A stretch of DNA of 64,000 bases, taken from positions 1 through 64,000 of the forward strand of contig BTUM01000011.1 of assembly GCA_045863235.1 (NCBI GenBank), read 5' to 3'. Positions 20,974 to 29,439 of this stretch are shown piece after piece. The notes beneath the pieces are model-generated. The model made no database searches and was not told the DNA's origin. It saw only the letters and a list, made by a program, of their open reading frames with translations. This stretch comes from Candidatus Xenobia bacterium. Lineage in GTDB: Bacteria > Vulcanimicrobiota > Xenobia > Xenobiales > QWHO01. The stretch's first letter is position 1; each line of letters opens with the position of its first letter. Made by a program: the position numbers and the translations under genes.

Positions 20974-23858
20974 GCCGGAAACCGCGGGTTTTGATCGAGG
21001 AATGGCTGCCGGTGGATCAGATCGGGGCCGAGTGCATGCGCGAGCGCGGGGCTAGCAGTGCTCTGCCTCCCCTCTACTTTCTGCACATCTGGTGGGCCCG
21101 ACGTCCCCTGACGATCAGCCGGGCCGCCGTGCTCGGGAGTCTCTTGCCTGCCTGGTCGCCGGACTGGCCGGCCGACCTGCGCACGCGGTTTCCGAAACGG
21201 GATAGCTATCACCAGTGGTTTCAGCGCCTGGTCGGCATCCTGGGCGATCCTGCCAAGACCCGTCGCGAGCTGACCGAGGCCAAGAGGCGCGGCATTCATC
21301 TGGGCGCCGACCCCTATGGCTACAAGCGCGCCTTCACGATGAACCCGTCTGACAAGGACATGCAGTTGGTCAAGCGACTGCTTCGGGAAGCCTGGGGCGA
21401 GCAGCTACCGACCGTGCTGGACCCGATGGCGGGCGGCGGCTCCATCCCTTTCGAGTCGCTCCGCTTTCAGCTGCCCACGGTCGCCAACGATCTCAACCCT
21501 GTTGCTTCAGTCGTGGAGAAGGCGACTCTGGAGTATCCCGCGCGGTTCGGCCCGGAGTTCTCCGAGGTTATCGAGCTCTACGGAAAACGCTGGGCGGAGC
21601 GTGTCCGCGAGCGCTTGTTGCCGTTCTTTCCGCTGCCGGAAGGCGAGAATGTGCATGCCTACATCTGGGCCCGCACGGTGAATTGCCCCGCCACGGGAAA
21701 ACCGATTCCCCTCTCTCCGAACTGGTGGCTTCTCAAGGGCAACGACCCCGTCTGCTTGCGGTTGATTGCCGACCCGCGCGCGGACGAGTGCCGTTTTGAG
21801 ATCGTGCAGGGCAAGAAGGCTTGCGCGGCGGCCGATCCCGACAATGGCACGGTCAAACGCGGAGATGCTCGCTCCCCGTGGACCGGGGATTTCGTCGATG
21901 GTGATTATATCAAGGCCGAGGCCCAGGCCGGCCGTATGGGCCAGCAGTTGATGGTTATCGGGTTGAAGATTAAGGGTGGCTTTGAGTTCCGGGCGGCCAG
22001 CCAGAGCGACCGCGATGCGGTTAGTCGCGCCGAGACTGAATTGCAGTCCAAGTGGAGTCAATGGGAAGCTTCCGGAGTCATTCCAACCGAAGGAGGCCCG
22101 CCTGAGCATCTTACCGGTGGGACTTGCTACCCTTACGGAATGAGGACTTGGCCAGACTTGTTCTCTCCGCGCCAGCTTCTGTCGCTCTGCACGGCCCTTG
22201 AGGAGCTGCGCAAGGTACAGCAGGAGATCGCCCGCGAGCTGCCTGCTAACCAGGCTGAAGCCGTTACGGTCTACCTGTCTCTGGCCTTCGACAAGTCCTG
22301 CGACTACAATAGCCGGATGGTGCGCTGGGACGGCACACGCAACAAGATTGCGAACACCTTCGATCGCCACGACTTCTCGTTCAAGTGGAGCCACGCCGAG
22401 TTTGACGCCTCGCGGAACCTTTACTCCTGGGTCGTGGGACAGGTCGTGGACGCCTATTCCGGGATTGCCGAGCTTGCCAATCCGGCGGGTTCGCCGCCTG
22501 TGCAAATCCAGACCGGTAGCGCCAACCACCTGCAGGTTGGTGCTAACTCGGCCTCGCTGATCTGCACCGATCCGCCCTATTATGACAACGTCATTTACTC
22601 CGAGCTGTCCGACTTCTTCTATGTCTGGATGAAGCGTTCGCTGGGACAAGCGCTACCCCAGTTTTTCCATGACCCGCTCGTGAACAAAGACGACGAAGCT
22701 GTCGCCAATCCCGCGCGATTCCACGGTCAGAAGGGCGTCAAGGACCTGGCCGACGCGGACTACGAGCGCAAGATGGCTTCCTGCTTCCGCGAGTCCGCGC
22801 GCGTTCTGCGAGATGACGGAATCCTCACGGTGATGTTCACCAACAAGCGGGTGCGCGCCTGGGACGCGCTGGCCATGGGCCTCATCGAGGCCGGCTTCGT
22901 GATAGAGACCTCCTGGCCCATCCACACCGAGAGCGACTCGAGTCTGCACATCGCCAAGAAGAACGCTGCCAAGAGCACCATCTTGCTGGTTTGTCGTAAA
23001 CGAGATGCCGCACGCGAGGAGACCTGGTGGGACACGACTTTCCAGGGCCGCGTGCGCCAAGTGGTCGCGAAGAAAGCGCAGGAGTTCGAGGAGATGGGCA
23101 TGTCGGGCGTCGACCTCTACCTCAGCACCTTCGGCCCCGTCCTTGAGGTCATCTCGTCCGCCTGGCCCGTCAAAGACCCCCAGGGCGGCGAGCCCATCCG
23201 CCCCGAGCGGGCCCTCGACCTGGCCCGGCAAGCAGTGAGCGAGTACCGCATCAAGAAAATGTCCCGCAACTACACCGTCGAGCTCGACCCGGTCACCCGC
23301 TGGTACGTCCTCTCCTGGGACCTCTTCCAGGCCGCCGAGTTCCCCTTCGACGAGGGCCGCAAGCTGGCGCTGGCTGTCAGCGGAGAGGTCCCGGTCGGCA
23401 CGCCGAAAGGCCGCGGCAAAGGGCGACAAAGAGACTTCCTGGACGAAGTGCTCAAGGGCTCGGCCTTCGTGGTGAGCAAGAAGGGCGACTACCTCCACCT
23501 CGAGGACCCTATCGCGCGGCACATCAAAGGCAAGATCGAGACCGACGCCGAGCAATACCCTTGTCTTCTGGACGCGTTCCACTCGGCCATTGTCCTGATG
23601 AAAGAGGACGGGCTGGGCGCCGTGAACCGCATGCTCGAGCGCACGGGCCTGGCGCGCGACCGCAATTTCCTGGGCGCTTTCGAGCTTCTCCAGCGGGTCA
23701 TCCCGCCGGTGCGCGACGAGTTCAAAGCCCTCGAGGAGATCCGCAGCGCCCTCTTGCGCGACAAGGTGGCCGCGCCCGAGCGCGTCGTCGAGGAGGTCGA
23801 CCCGAGCCTGTTTGGCGAGGTCGAGGGCGACGAAGAAGAAGAGGAAGTCGAGGTCTGA
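20970..23858 (+). CDS. DUF1156-containing amino-DNA methyltransferase (likely m6A)
   Basis: LHIWWARRPL (DUF1156), DPMAGGGSIP (SAM binding), TDPPYYDN (catalytic motif IV). Confidence 0.92.
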   Translation: MSRKPRVLIEEWLPVDQIGAECMRERGASSALPPLYFLHIWWARRPLTISRAAVLGSLLPAWSPDWPADLRTRFPKRDSYHQWFQRLVGILGDPAKTRRELTEAKRRGIHLGADPYGYKRAFTMNPSDKDMQLVKRLLREAWGEQLPTVLDPMAGGGSIPFESLRFQLPTVANDLNPVASVVEKATLEYPARFGPEFSEVIELYGKRWAERVRERLLPFFPLPEGENVHAYIWARTVNCPATGKPIPLSPNWWLLKGNDPVCLRLIADPRADECRFEIVQGKKACAAADPDNGTVKRGDARSPWTGDFVDGDYIKAEAQAGRMGQQLMVIGLKIKGGFEFRAASQSDRDAVSRAETELQSKWSQWEASGVIPTEGGPPEHLTGGTCYPYGMRTWPDLFSPRQLLSLCTALEELRKVQQEIARELPANQAEAVTVYLSLAFDKSCDYNSRMVRWDGTRNKIANTFDRHDFSFKWSHAEFDASRNLYSWVVGQVVDAYSGIAELANPAGSPPVQIQTGSANHLQVGANSASLICTDPPYYDNVIYSELSDFFYVWMKRSLGQALPQFFHDPLVNKDDEAVANPARFHGQKGVKDLADADYERKMASCFRESARVLRDDGILTVMFTNKRVRAWDALAMGLIEAGFVIETSWPIHTESDSSLHIAKKNAAKSTILLVCRKRDAAREETWWDTTFQGRVRQVVAKKAQEFEEMGMSGVDLYLSTFGPVLEVISSAWPVKDPQGGEPIRPERALDLARQAVSEYRIKKMSRNYTVELDPVTRWYVLSWDLFQAAEFPFDEGRKLALAVSGEVPVGTPKGRGKGRQRDFLDEVLKGSAFVVSKKGDYLHLEDPIARHIKGKIETDAEQYPCLLDAFHSAIVLMKEDGLGAVNRMLERTGLARDRNFLGAFELLQRVIPPVRDEFKALEEIRSALLRDKVAAPERVVEEVDPSLFGEVEGDEEEEEVEV

Positions 23859-23909
23859 TCGGCGAGTGGGGGCGGGTAACCAGAGCACGGAGCGATACGG
23901 AGGGCGCCT

Positions 23910-26420
23910 TTGAGCGCCGGCCTGGACCTTCTGCGCTGCCCGCGCGAGGTGCCGGCCTTCGACGCCGTCGTTGAGCGACTCCGTAGCGAGCGACTGGCCT
24001 GGACCGAGGAAGAGGCCCTCACTCCCCTCTGGGAAACGGGCGAAGAAGCCCGCCTGCACGAGGACGCCCGCTTTGAGAAGACGCTCTGGGGGCGTTGGAA
24101 GCTCAAAGGCCGGAAGCTGGCCAATGACCTCGTCTATCGCGCTCTGCTGGCCGGTTGGGATGGCCTCGATCTGGACGGTCGGCTGGCGCAATGGGAGGCC
24201 CTGCATGAAGAGAGCTACCTCCTCGACCCGGCGGACCCGCGCCTTCACCAGGTGCACTTCAGCAGCCAGTGGGTGCTGTCGGACCTGCCTCTCAAGCTCC
24301 TCGACCAGCCGCATCCCGAGCTGCCCTCGGTCGAGGTGCTGAGCCTGGCGGCAGCAGCCGGGCGTTTCGGGGCCGGCGAGGCCGCCTCCCGGCGGGGCTT
24401 CGTGCTCCTGCGCGAGCGGGTCCCGGAAGGCGCTTTCCTGGTGCAAACACGCGGCCGCTCGATGGAGCCGGGCATTCCGGACGGGAGCTACCTTCTGGTT
24501 CGGCCCGGTCCGGTCGACCAGGGCCTGGTGCTGGCCTACCACCACGGCTTCGCCGACGAGGTGGGGAGCTGCGTGGTAAAACGCGTCCGCCCCACCGCCT
24601 CCGGGCTCGAGCTGGTCTCGGACCACCCGGAGTACCGCAACCGACCCCTCCTGCCACCCGACGCGAGCTGGGAGGAGGTGCGTCTCATCGGGTCGGTGCG
24701 CAAGCTCTCCCCGCGCGATTTCCTCGAGTCCGAGCCGCCCGTGGTGCGGCCTACGCCCCCTGCTCAGCCGGTCGAGGTCAGCCTGGAGCGGCTCGAGGGG
24801 CGACGCCAGGCGGCGCTGGCCCCGGTCCCGCCCGAGCCCTCCCCGCGCGAGCGTGCGCAGAGCTTGCCGGCGGGCGTGCTCACTCTGAGCGCCGACGGAG
24901 CTGCCCTGCGCCTGGCCCTTCCCGCCCTTCCAGGCGGCCAGGGCATGATCGACGTGGCCGGAAATCGGACCATGGCCAGCAACCTCCGGCATCCCGGCAT
25001 CTACCGCGTCCAGCCTCAGACCACCCCGTATCGAGTGCGCGAGTTGGAGGGCGCCAACGAGCTGGCCGTCGTGCCCGGCCTGGAAGGTGAGCAGCCAACG
25101 GTGTTCCGGGCTCCCCTCAACGGCCCGGGCTCGCGGCGTGAGACCCGAACCGTGCGAGCCGGCCGCATCTACCGCCTGCTTCTCCCGCCCTGCCTGGACC
25201 GCGAGCGCCTCGAGCTCGAGCCTCTCTCCTGGGTGACCCACCTGGAGCGCCTCCAGGATTGGACCTCTCTCGAGCTGGAGGTTCCCGCTGCCCTGGCGCC
25301 CGCAGAGCAAAGTCTCTTCTCTCGACTCGGCTTGACCCTCGACTCCTCGGCCATCGCGCTCGACGTGACCGAGCCGGCGCCACAGGCCTACCGGCGCCTC
25401 GCCTCGGGCGAGGAGGTGCTGGTCTACGGGCCGGAGCAGCCTCTGTGCCTGCAGCTCGAGGGAGAGCCCGGCGCTACGGTGCAACTCTTGGCTGTCGGCG
25501 AAGGGACGCGGGCCGAGCTCTCGCTGAGCCTGGATGGGAGGGGCTGCGCCGGTGTCTTCCTGGAGGAGCCGCCCACGGGCCTCTTGCTCCTTCAGGCGCG
25601 CTCGGGCGGCGCGGCTTCCTCGCACCTGGCGCTCTGGATCGAGCCGGTGACCCCCTCGCAGCCGACCTCGGGGCAGGTGCTGCTCGAGCTGGCGGGCCAA
25701 GCTGTGGACTCCGGCCAGAGTCTTGATCTGCGCCAGGATGCCGCCCGGATCGTCCTGCGGACCCCGCCCCTGTGGCGCGTGGACCTCAAATGGGGTGAGC
25801 AACCGGATCAGCGCTGGCAGCTTCGAGCCGACGAAGAAGGAAACGTCGAGCTCGGGCCCCTGTCGGGAACCCTCTTCCGAGCCTTCGAGGAAGCCTGGCT
25901 CGGTACGCTGGCCCTGGTTTGTCCGGGTCTCTGGCGAGGCAGTCTCGTCCACCAGGGCGCTCCTGCTCCGGAAGCCTTGGGCGGCAAGATCCTCGAGCTG
26001 GCCGAAGAGCACGACGACCTCGAGCTGCTCGAGCTCTGGCCCCTGGAGCAACTGGCCCGGGATTGGGTCCTTCCGCTGTGCCGGTTGCTGGGTTACCAGG
26101 CCGAGTGGTGCCCCGAGCGGCCCGGAGAAGTCGACCTGGGAACACCCTGCTTGTTCGGCGACCCGCCTGCCCTCGGGCTCGACCGGGAGACATGGCTTCA
26201 GCTCGAAGCCGGGCTGGACGAAACGCAAGTCGTCCCTCGCGTGGCGCACTTGCGGGCTGCCATGCTGAGGCGCGGCCGGAGACGAGGCCTCCTCACCAAC
26301 GGCCGGCTCTGGGTGCTGACCGATCGTTCTCCGCTCCGACCCGCCCAGCAGCTTGACCTTCTGGACCTCCTCGAGCGGCCGGAGTCGCTGGTCGAGTTCG
26401 TCCGGGTCTTTGGAGTCTGA
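23910..26420 (+). CDS. Multidomain protein: HTH-like repeats, S24 (LexA-type) peptidase, beta-rich region, REase-fold-like tail
   Basis: LAAAAGRFG, GRSMEPGIPDGSYLLV, CVVKR and LVSDHPEY form an S24 signature. C-terminal GLLTNGRLW resembles an HsdR_N-like fold. Confidence 0.7.
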   Translation: MSAGLDLLRCPREVPAFDAVVERLRSERLAWTEEEALTPLWETGEEARLHEDARFEKTLWGRWKLKGRKLANDLVYRALLAGWDGLDLDGRLAQWEALHEESYLLDPADPRLHQVHFSSQWVLSDLPLKLLDQPHPELPSVEVLSLAAAAGRFGAGEAASRRGFVLLRERVPEGAFLVQTRGRSMEPGIPDGSYLLVRPGPVDQGLVLAYHHGFADEVGSCVVKRVRPTASGLELVSDHPEYRNRPLLPPDASWEEVRLIGSVRKLSPRDFLESEPPVVRPTPPAQPVEVSLERLEGRRQAALAPVPPEPSPRERAQSLPAGVLTLSADGAALRLALPALPGGQGMIDVAGNRTMASNLRHPGIYRVQPQTTPYRVRELEGANELAVVPGLEGEQPTVFRAPLNGPGSRRETRTVRAGRIYRLLLPPCLDRERLELEPLSWVTHLERLQDWTSLELEVPAALAPAEQSLFSRLGLTLDSSAIALDVTEPAPQAYRRLASGEEVLVYGPEQPLCLQLEGEPGATVQLLAVGEGTRAELSLSLDGRGCAGVFLEEPPTGLLLLQARSGGAASSHLALWIEPVTPSQPTSGQVLLELAGQAVDSGQSLDLRQDAARIVLRTPPLWRVDLKWGEQPDQRWQLRADEEGNVELGPLSGTLFRAFEEAWLGTLALVCPGLWRGSLVHQGAPAPEALGGKILELAEEHDDLELLELWPLEQLARDWVLPLCRLLGYQAEWCPERPGEVDLGTPCLFGDPPALGLDRETWLQLEAGLDETQVVPRVAHLRAAMLRRGRRRGLLTNGRLWVLTDRSPLRPAQQLDLLDLLERPESLVEFVRVFGV

Positions 26421-26422
26421 CG

Positions 26423-27406
26423 ATGCGACTGACCGTCCTGGAGCCAAACCCGACTCTGCCCGTCGACCTGGATGACGGCGACTTGGCCGAGCGCCTTCGC
26501 TCCGAGGCCGAGGCGCTGGGAGTCACCATCCGCAGGCTGCTGCTCCAGCGGGTTCGGGCCGCTCGACCCGGGGTGTGTCCAGAGCGGCTGCGCAAAATTC
26601 TGCACGCGATGTTCTTCCTGACTGACCTGGCCGGCGGCGTGGACGTTCCCGCCGCGGCTCCGGCCCCCTTGCGGGCCGTCTCGCTCGCGGGCGACGCCTG
26701 GCTTCTGGTGGGAGGGCCGAGAACGTCTCACCTGGAGGGGGAGGTTCGCGCTCCCTTTTTGCGCGTGCTCATGAACGCGTCCCCAGACGCCCTTGCCAGG
26801 CTGCTCGAGCCGCACCGGGGCTCGGTGCTGCAGCCCGACCTCTTCTGGGAATCGACCACGCCCCTCGACGCCGCCTGGCTGGCCAGTCACCGCCAGACGT
26901 GGGAGCTCGGCGCGGTGCCGACCAACGCCACAGAAGAGGCGCCCTGGAAGGTCTACGATCCCTCCCGGCCGTGCGCCTACCACGAGGGCCGCTGGCGCGG
27001 CCTCCGCCAGGGCGACCAGGGCTTCGCCCTGGTGCGCAGACAACGCCCGGGCGAAAGGCCCGCTCACGCCTGGGGCCTCTTATCCGGTGGCCAGGTCGAA
27101 CGGACCCATCCACTCCCCTCGGGGCTCGCGTGCGATGCGCGCTATGCCCTCGATCGGGCCCAGGGCTTTCCGGTTCGCGGTCTCTGGAGCCCGGCGGACG
27201 GCAACCGCACCGAGCTCTACCCAGACAGCTGGCTGCCACGCACCGAGCACCGGCTGCTGCGCTCGCTGGCGCGCAGGGCCCCGGCTGGCAGCTATCCGAA
27301 CGAGCCGTGGATCCTGGATAGCGACCTGGCCGAACTCGTCCGCTCGGCGGTAAGCCAACGACTGGGAATGCGCTGGGAGGAGGGTCAACCATGTCCTACC
27401 GCCTGA
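26423..27406 (+). CDS. Hypothetical protein, possibly related to a Druantia accessory subunit C-terminus
   Basis: Coupled ORF in the operon with WKVYDP, RYALD and LPRTEHRLLRSL. Context is upstream of a DruE-like helicase. Confidence 0.6.
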   Translation: MRLTVLEPNPTLPVDLDDGDLAERLRSEAEALGVTIRRLLLQRVRAARPGVCPERLRKILHAMFFLTDLAGGVDVPAAAPAPLRAVSLAGDAWLLVGGPRTSHLEGEVRAPFLRVLMNASPDALARLLEPHRGSVLQPDLFWESTTPLDAAWLASHRQTWELGAVPTNATEEAPWKVYDPSRPCAYHEGRWRGLRQGDQGFALVRRQRPGERPAHAWGLLSGGQVERTHPLPSGLACDARYALDRAQGFPVRGLWSPADGNRTELYPDSWLPRTEHRLLRSLARRAPAGSYPNEPWILDSDLAELVRSAVSQRLGMRWEEGQPCPTA

Positions 27407-29439
27407 CCGTCAAGCCGGCCTACCTCTCCGACGTGCTGGGACTACCACGCAGCCTTTCCCGTAAGGTGACCCGGGTCCTCAGCGAACTGGAGCGCAATCC
27501 CTTCGAGGTTTCCAACGTCAAGAAGCTGAAGGGTTTTACCGGACTTTACCGCTACCGCATCGACGATTACCGGATGATCTACGCGGTCAGCACGAAGGCC
27601 CGCGTGGTCGACCTTCTGGCCGTCGGGCCTCGCGGGGACATCTATCAGAGGTTCCAGCGCACCCCCGACCTGCCCGATGCACCGCTGCCGGAGACGGATT
27701 TCGAGCGCGACGAGGTTCCTCAGGGAGTCGAAGAAGTCGAGGTCCCGGCTTGCGAGCCCGTGACCCGTCCGACTGAGGGTCTGCCCTCCTTCACGGTCGA
27801 GGACCTGGCCCAGTGGCAGATCCCGGAGCGTTTCTTTGGAGACCTGCTCGAATGCCGCACCGACCAGGATCTGTTCACCAGCACCGTGCCGGACGAGTGG
27901 AAGGAGCGGCTGCTGGACCGTCTTTATCCCAAGCCCATCCAGGTGGTCCAGGCCCAACCCACCCTGCTTCTGCAAGAGCCCGAAGACCTGCAGCGCTATG
28001 TGGAGGGAGACCTCTCCGTCTTTCTCCTGCAGCTCGACGCCGAGCAAGAGGCCCTGGCGGCGCGAAGCCTCAAAGGACCGGCCCTCGTCAAAGGGGGACC
28101 GGGATCGGGAAAGTCCACGGTTGCGCTCTATCGCGTCCGCGCTTTGCTCAAAGATGGCGGCAACCCCCGCATTCTGTTCACCACCTATACCCGGGCTCTG
28201 ACGAGCGCTTCGGAGCAATTGCTGCAGCAACTGCTCGGGAATCGCAAGGAGGCCGTCACCGTGCGCACGGCCGACAGCCTGGCTCTGGAGCTGGTGCGCG
28301 GTGTGGACCCGGCCGAGGAGCCCGAGCGCCGCCGGGCCCTGCGCGCGGCCCGCAAGAAGCTGGAAGCACCCACCGACGACCTGGAGGCGTTTCTCGAAGC
28401 GGGCTCGATCGCCGGCCTTCCGGACGACTATCTGCTCGACGAGTTCGACTGGGTCATTGAGGGTCAGGAGCTGGACGAGCCGGGATACCTGGCCTGCGAT
28501 CGCACCGGTCGGGGCGTTCCGCTGGACCGCTCGCTGCGCCAGCGGGTCTGGGCGCTCTACCAGGAGTATCGTCGGCTGCTCGAGCGTCCCACCTGGGGCC
28601 AGATTCGGGCTCAGGCCCTGGCGCGCGTCCGCCAGTCCGGGAGTCCCCTGCCGTACGACCACGTCCTGATCGACGAAGCCCAGGACCTGACTCCGGTCGC
28701 GCTGCGTCTACTCATCAGCCTGTGCAAGAGCCCCGAAGGCATTTTCCTGACGGCCGACGCAGGCCAGTCGCTCTACAACCGCGGCTTCCGCTGGAACCGC
28801 GTCCATGCCGATCTCCGGCTCACCGGACGCACCCGCCTGCTGCGGCGAAATTACCGCTCCACGCGCGCGATCGGCCTGGCTGTAAGTGACTTGCTGCGCC
28901 AGCCTGGAGATGGAGCCGACCCCGAGACGCTGGACCAAGAGTTCATTCGCGACGGCGAGAAACCCCAGGTCCGGCTGTTCTCCCAAAACGGCCAGGAGTT
29001 CGTGTGGCTGGCCGAGGAACTGCGGAGCGCCTGCCGCTCGCTCCAGCTCTCTGTGGGCGCGGCCGCCGTCCTCTGCCCCACCCGAGCGAGGGCCGAGGAA
29101 GCCGCCAACGCCCTCATGCATCAGGGCCTGCGCGCCGAGTTCATGGACAGCCGCACCCTGCGCCTGGACGCGCCTGCAGTCAAGGTTCTGACTATGCACG
29201 CCGCCAAGGGTCTCGAGTTTCCGCTGGTGGCTCTTCCGGGCCTGGAAGCCGGGATCATGCCGACTGCGCCCTCCCCGGGAGACGAGCCGGAGGTGCACGA
29301 CATGGCGCAACGTCGCCTCTTTCACGTGGCCGCATCCAGGGCCATGCGGCGATTGTATGTGACCGCTCGTAAGGAGAAAGTCAGCCCCTACATCCGACAG
29401 CTCGACCCCAACCACTGGAACATCGTGGAGGAATCGTGA
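27391..29439 (+). CDS. RelE/ParE-domain fused UvrD-like SF1 helicase
   Basis: N-terminal KKLKGFTGLYRYRIDDYRMIY...VGPRGDIY. Helicase motifs GGPGSGKS, IDEAQD, NYRST, HAAKGLEF, VAASRA. Confidence 0.88.
   Translation: MSYRLTVKPAYLSDVLGLPRSLSRKVTRVLSELERNPFEVSNVKKLKGFTGLYRYRIDDYRMIYAVSTKARVVDLLAVGPRGDIYQRFQRTPDLPDAPLPETDFERDEVPQGVEEVEVPACEPVTRPTEGLPSFTVEDLAQWQIPERFFGDLLECRTDQDLFTSTVPDEWKERLLDRLYPKPIQVVQAQPTLLLQEPEDLQRYVEGDLSVFLLQLDAEQEALAARSLKGPALVKGGPGSGKSTVALYRVRALLKDGGNPRILFTTYTRALTSASEQLLQQLLGNRKEAVTVRTADSLALELVRGVDPAEEPERRRALRAARKKLEAPTDDLEAFLEAGSIAGLPDDYLLDEFDWVIEGQELDEPGYLACDRTGRGVPLDRSLRQRVWALYQEYRRLLERPTWGQIRAQALARVRQSGSPLPYDHVLIDEAQDLTPVALRLLISLCKSPEGIFLTADAGQSLYNRGFRWNRVHADLRLTGRTRLLRRNYRSTRAIGLAVSDLLRQPGDGADPETLDQEFIRDGEKPQVRLFSQNGQEFVWLAEELRSACRSLQLSVGAAAVLCPTRARAEEAANALMHQGLRAEFMDSRTLRLDAPAVKVLTMHAAKGLEFPLVALPGLEAGIMPTAPSPGDEPEVHDMAQRRLFHVAASRAMRRLYVTARKEKVSPYIRQLDPNHWNIVEES

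Noticed and set aside
22653..26447. 1264-aa minus-strand ORF and other long antisense ORFs (e.g. 19143-20927, 55107-57395, 57685-59301)
   Set aside because: These are shadows of GC-rich sense genes that carry clear motifs; they have no recognisable motifs themselves.
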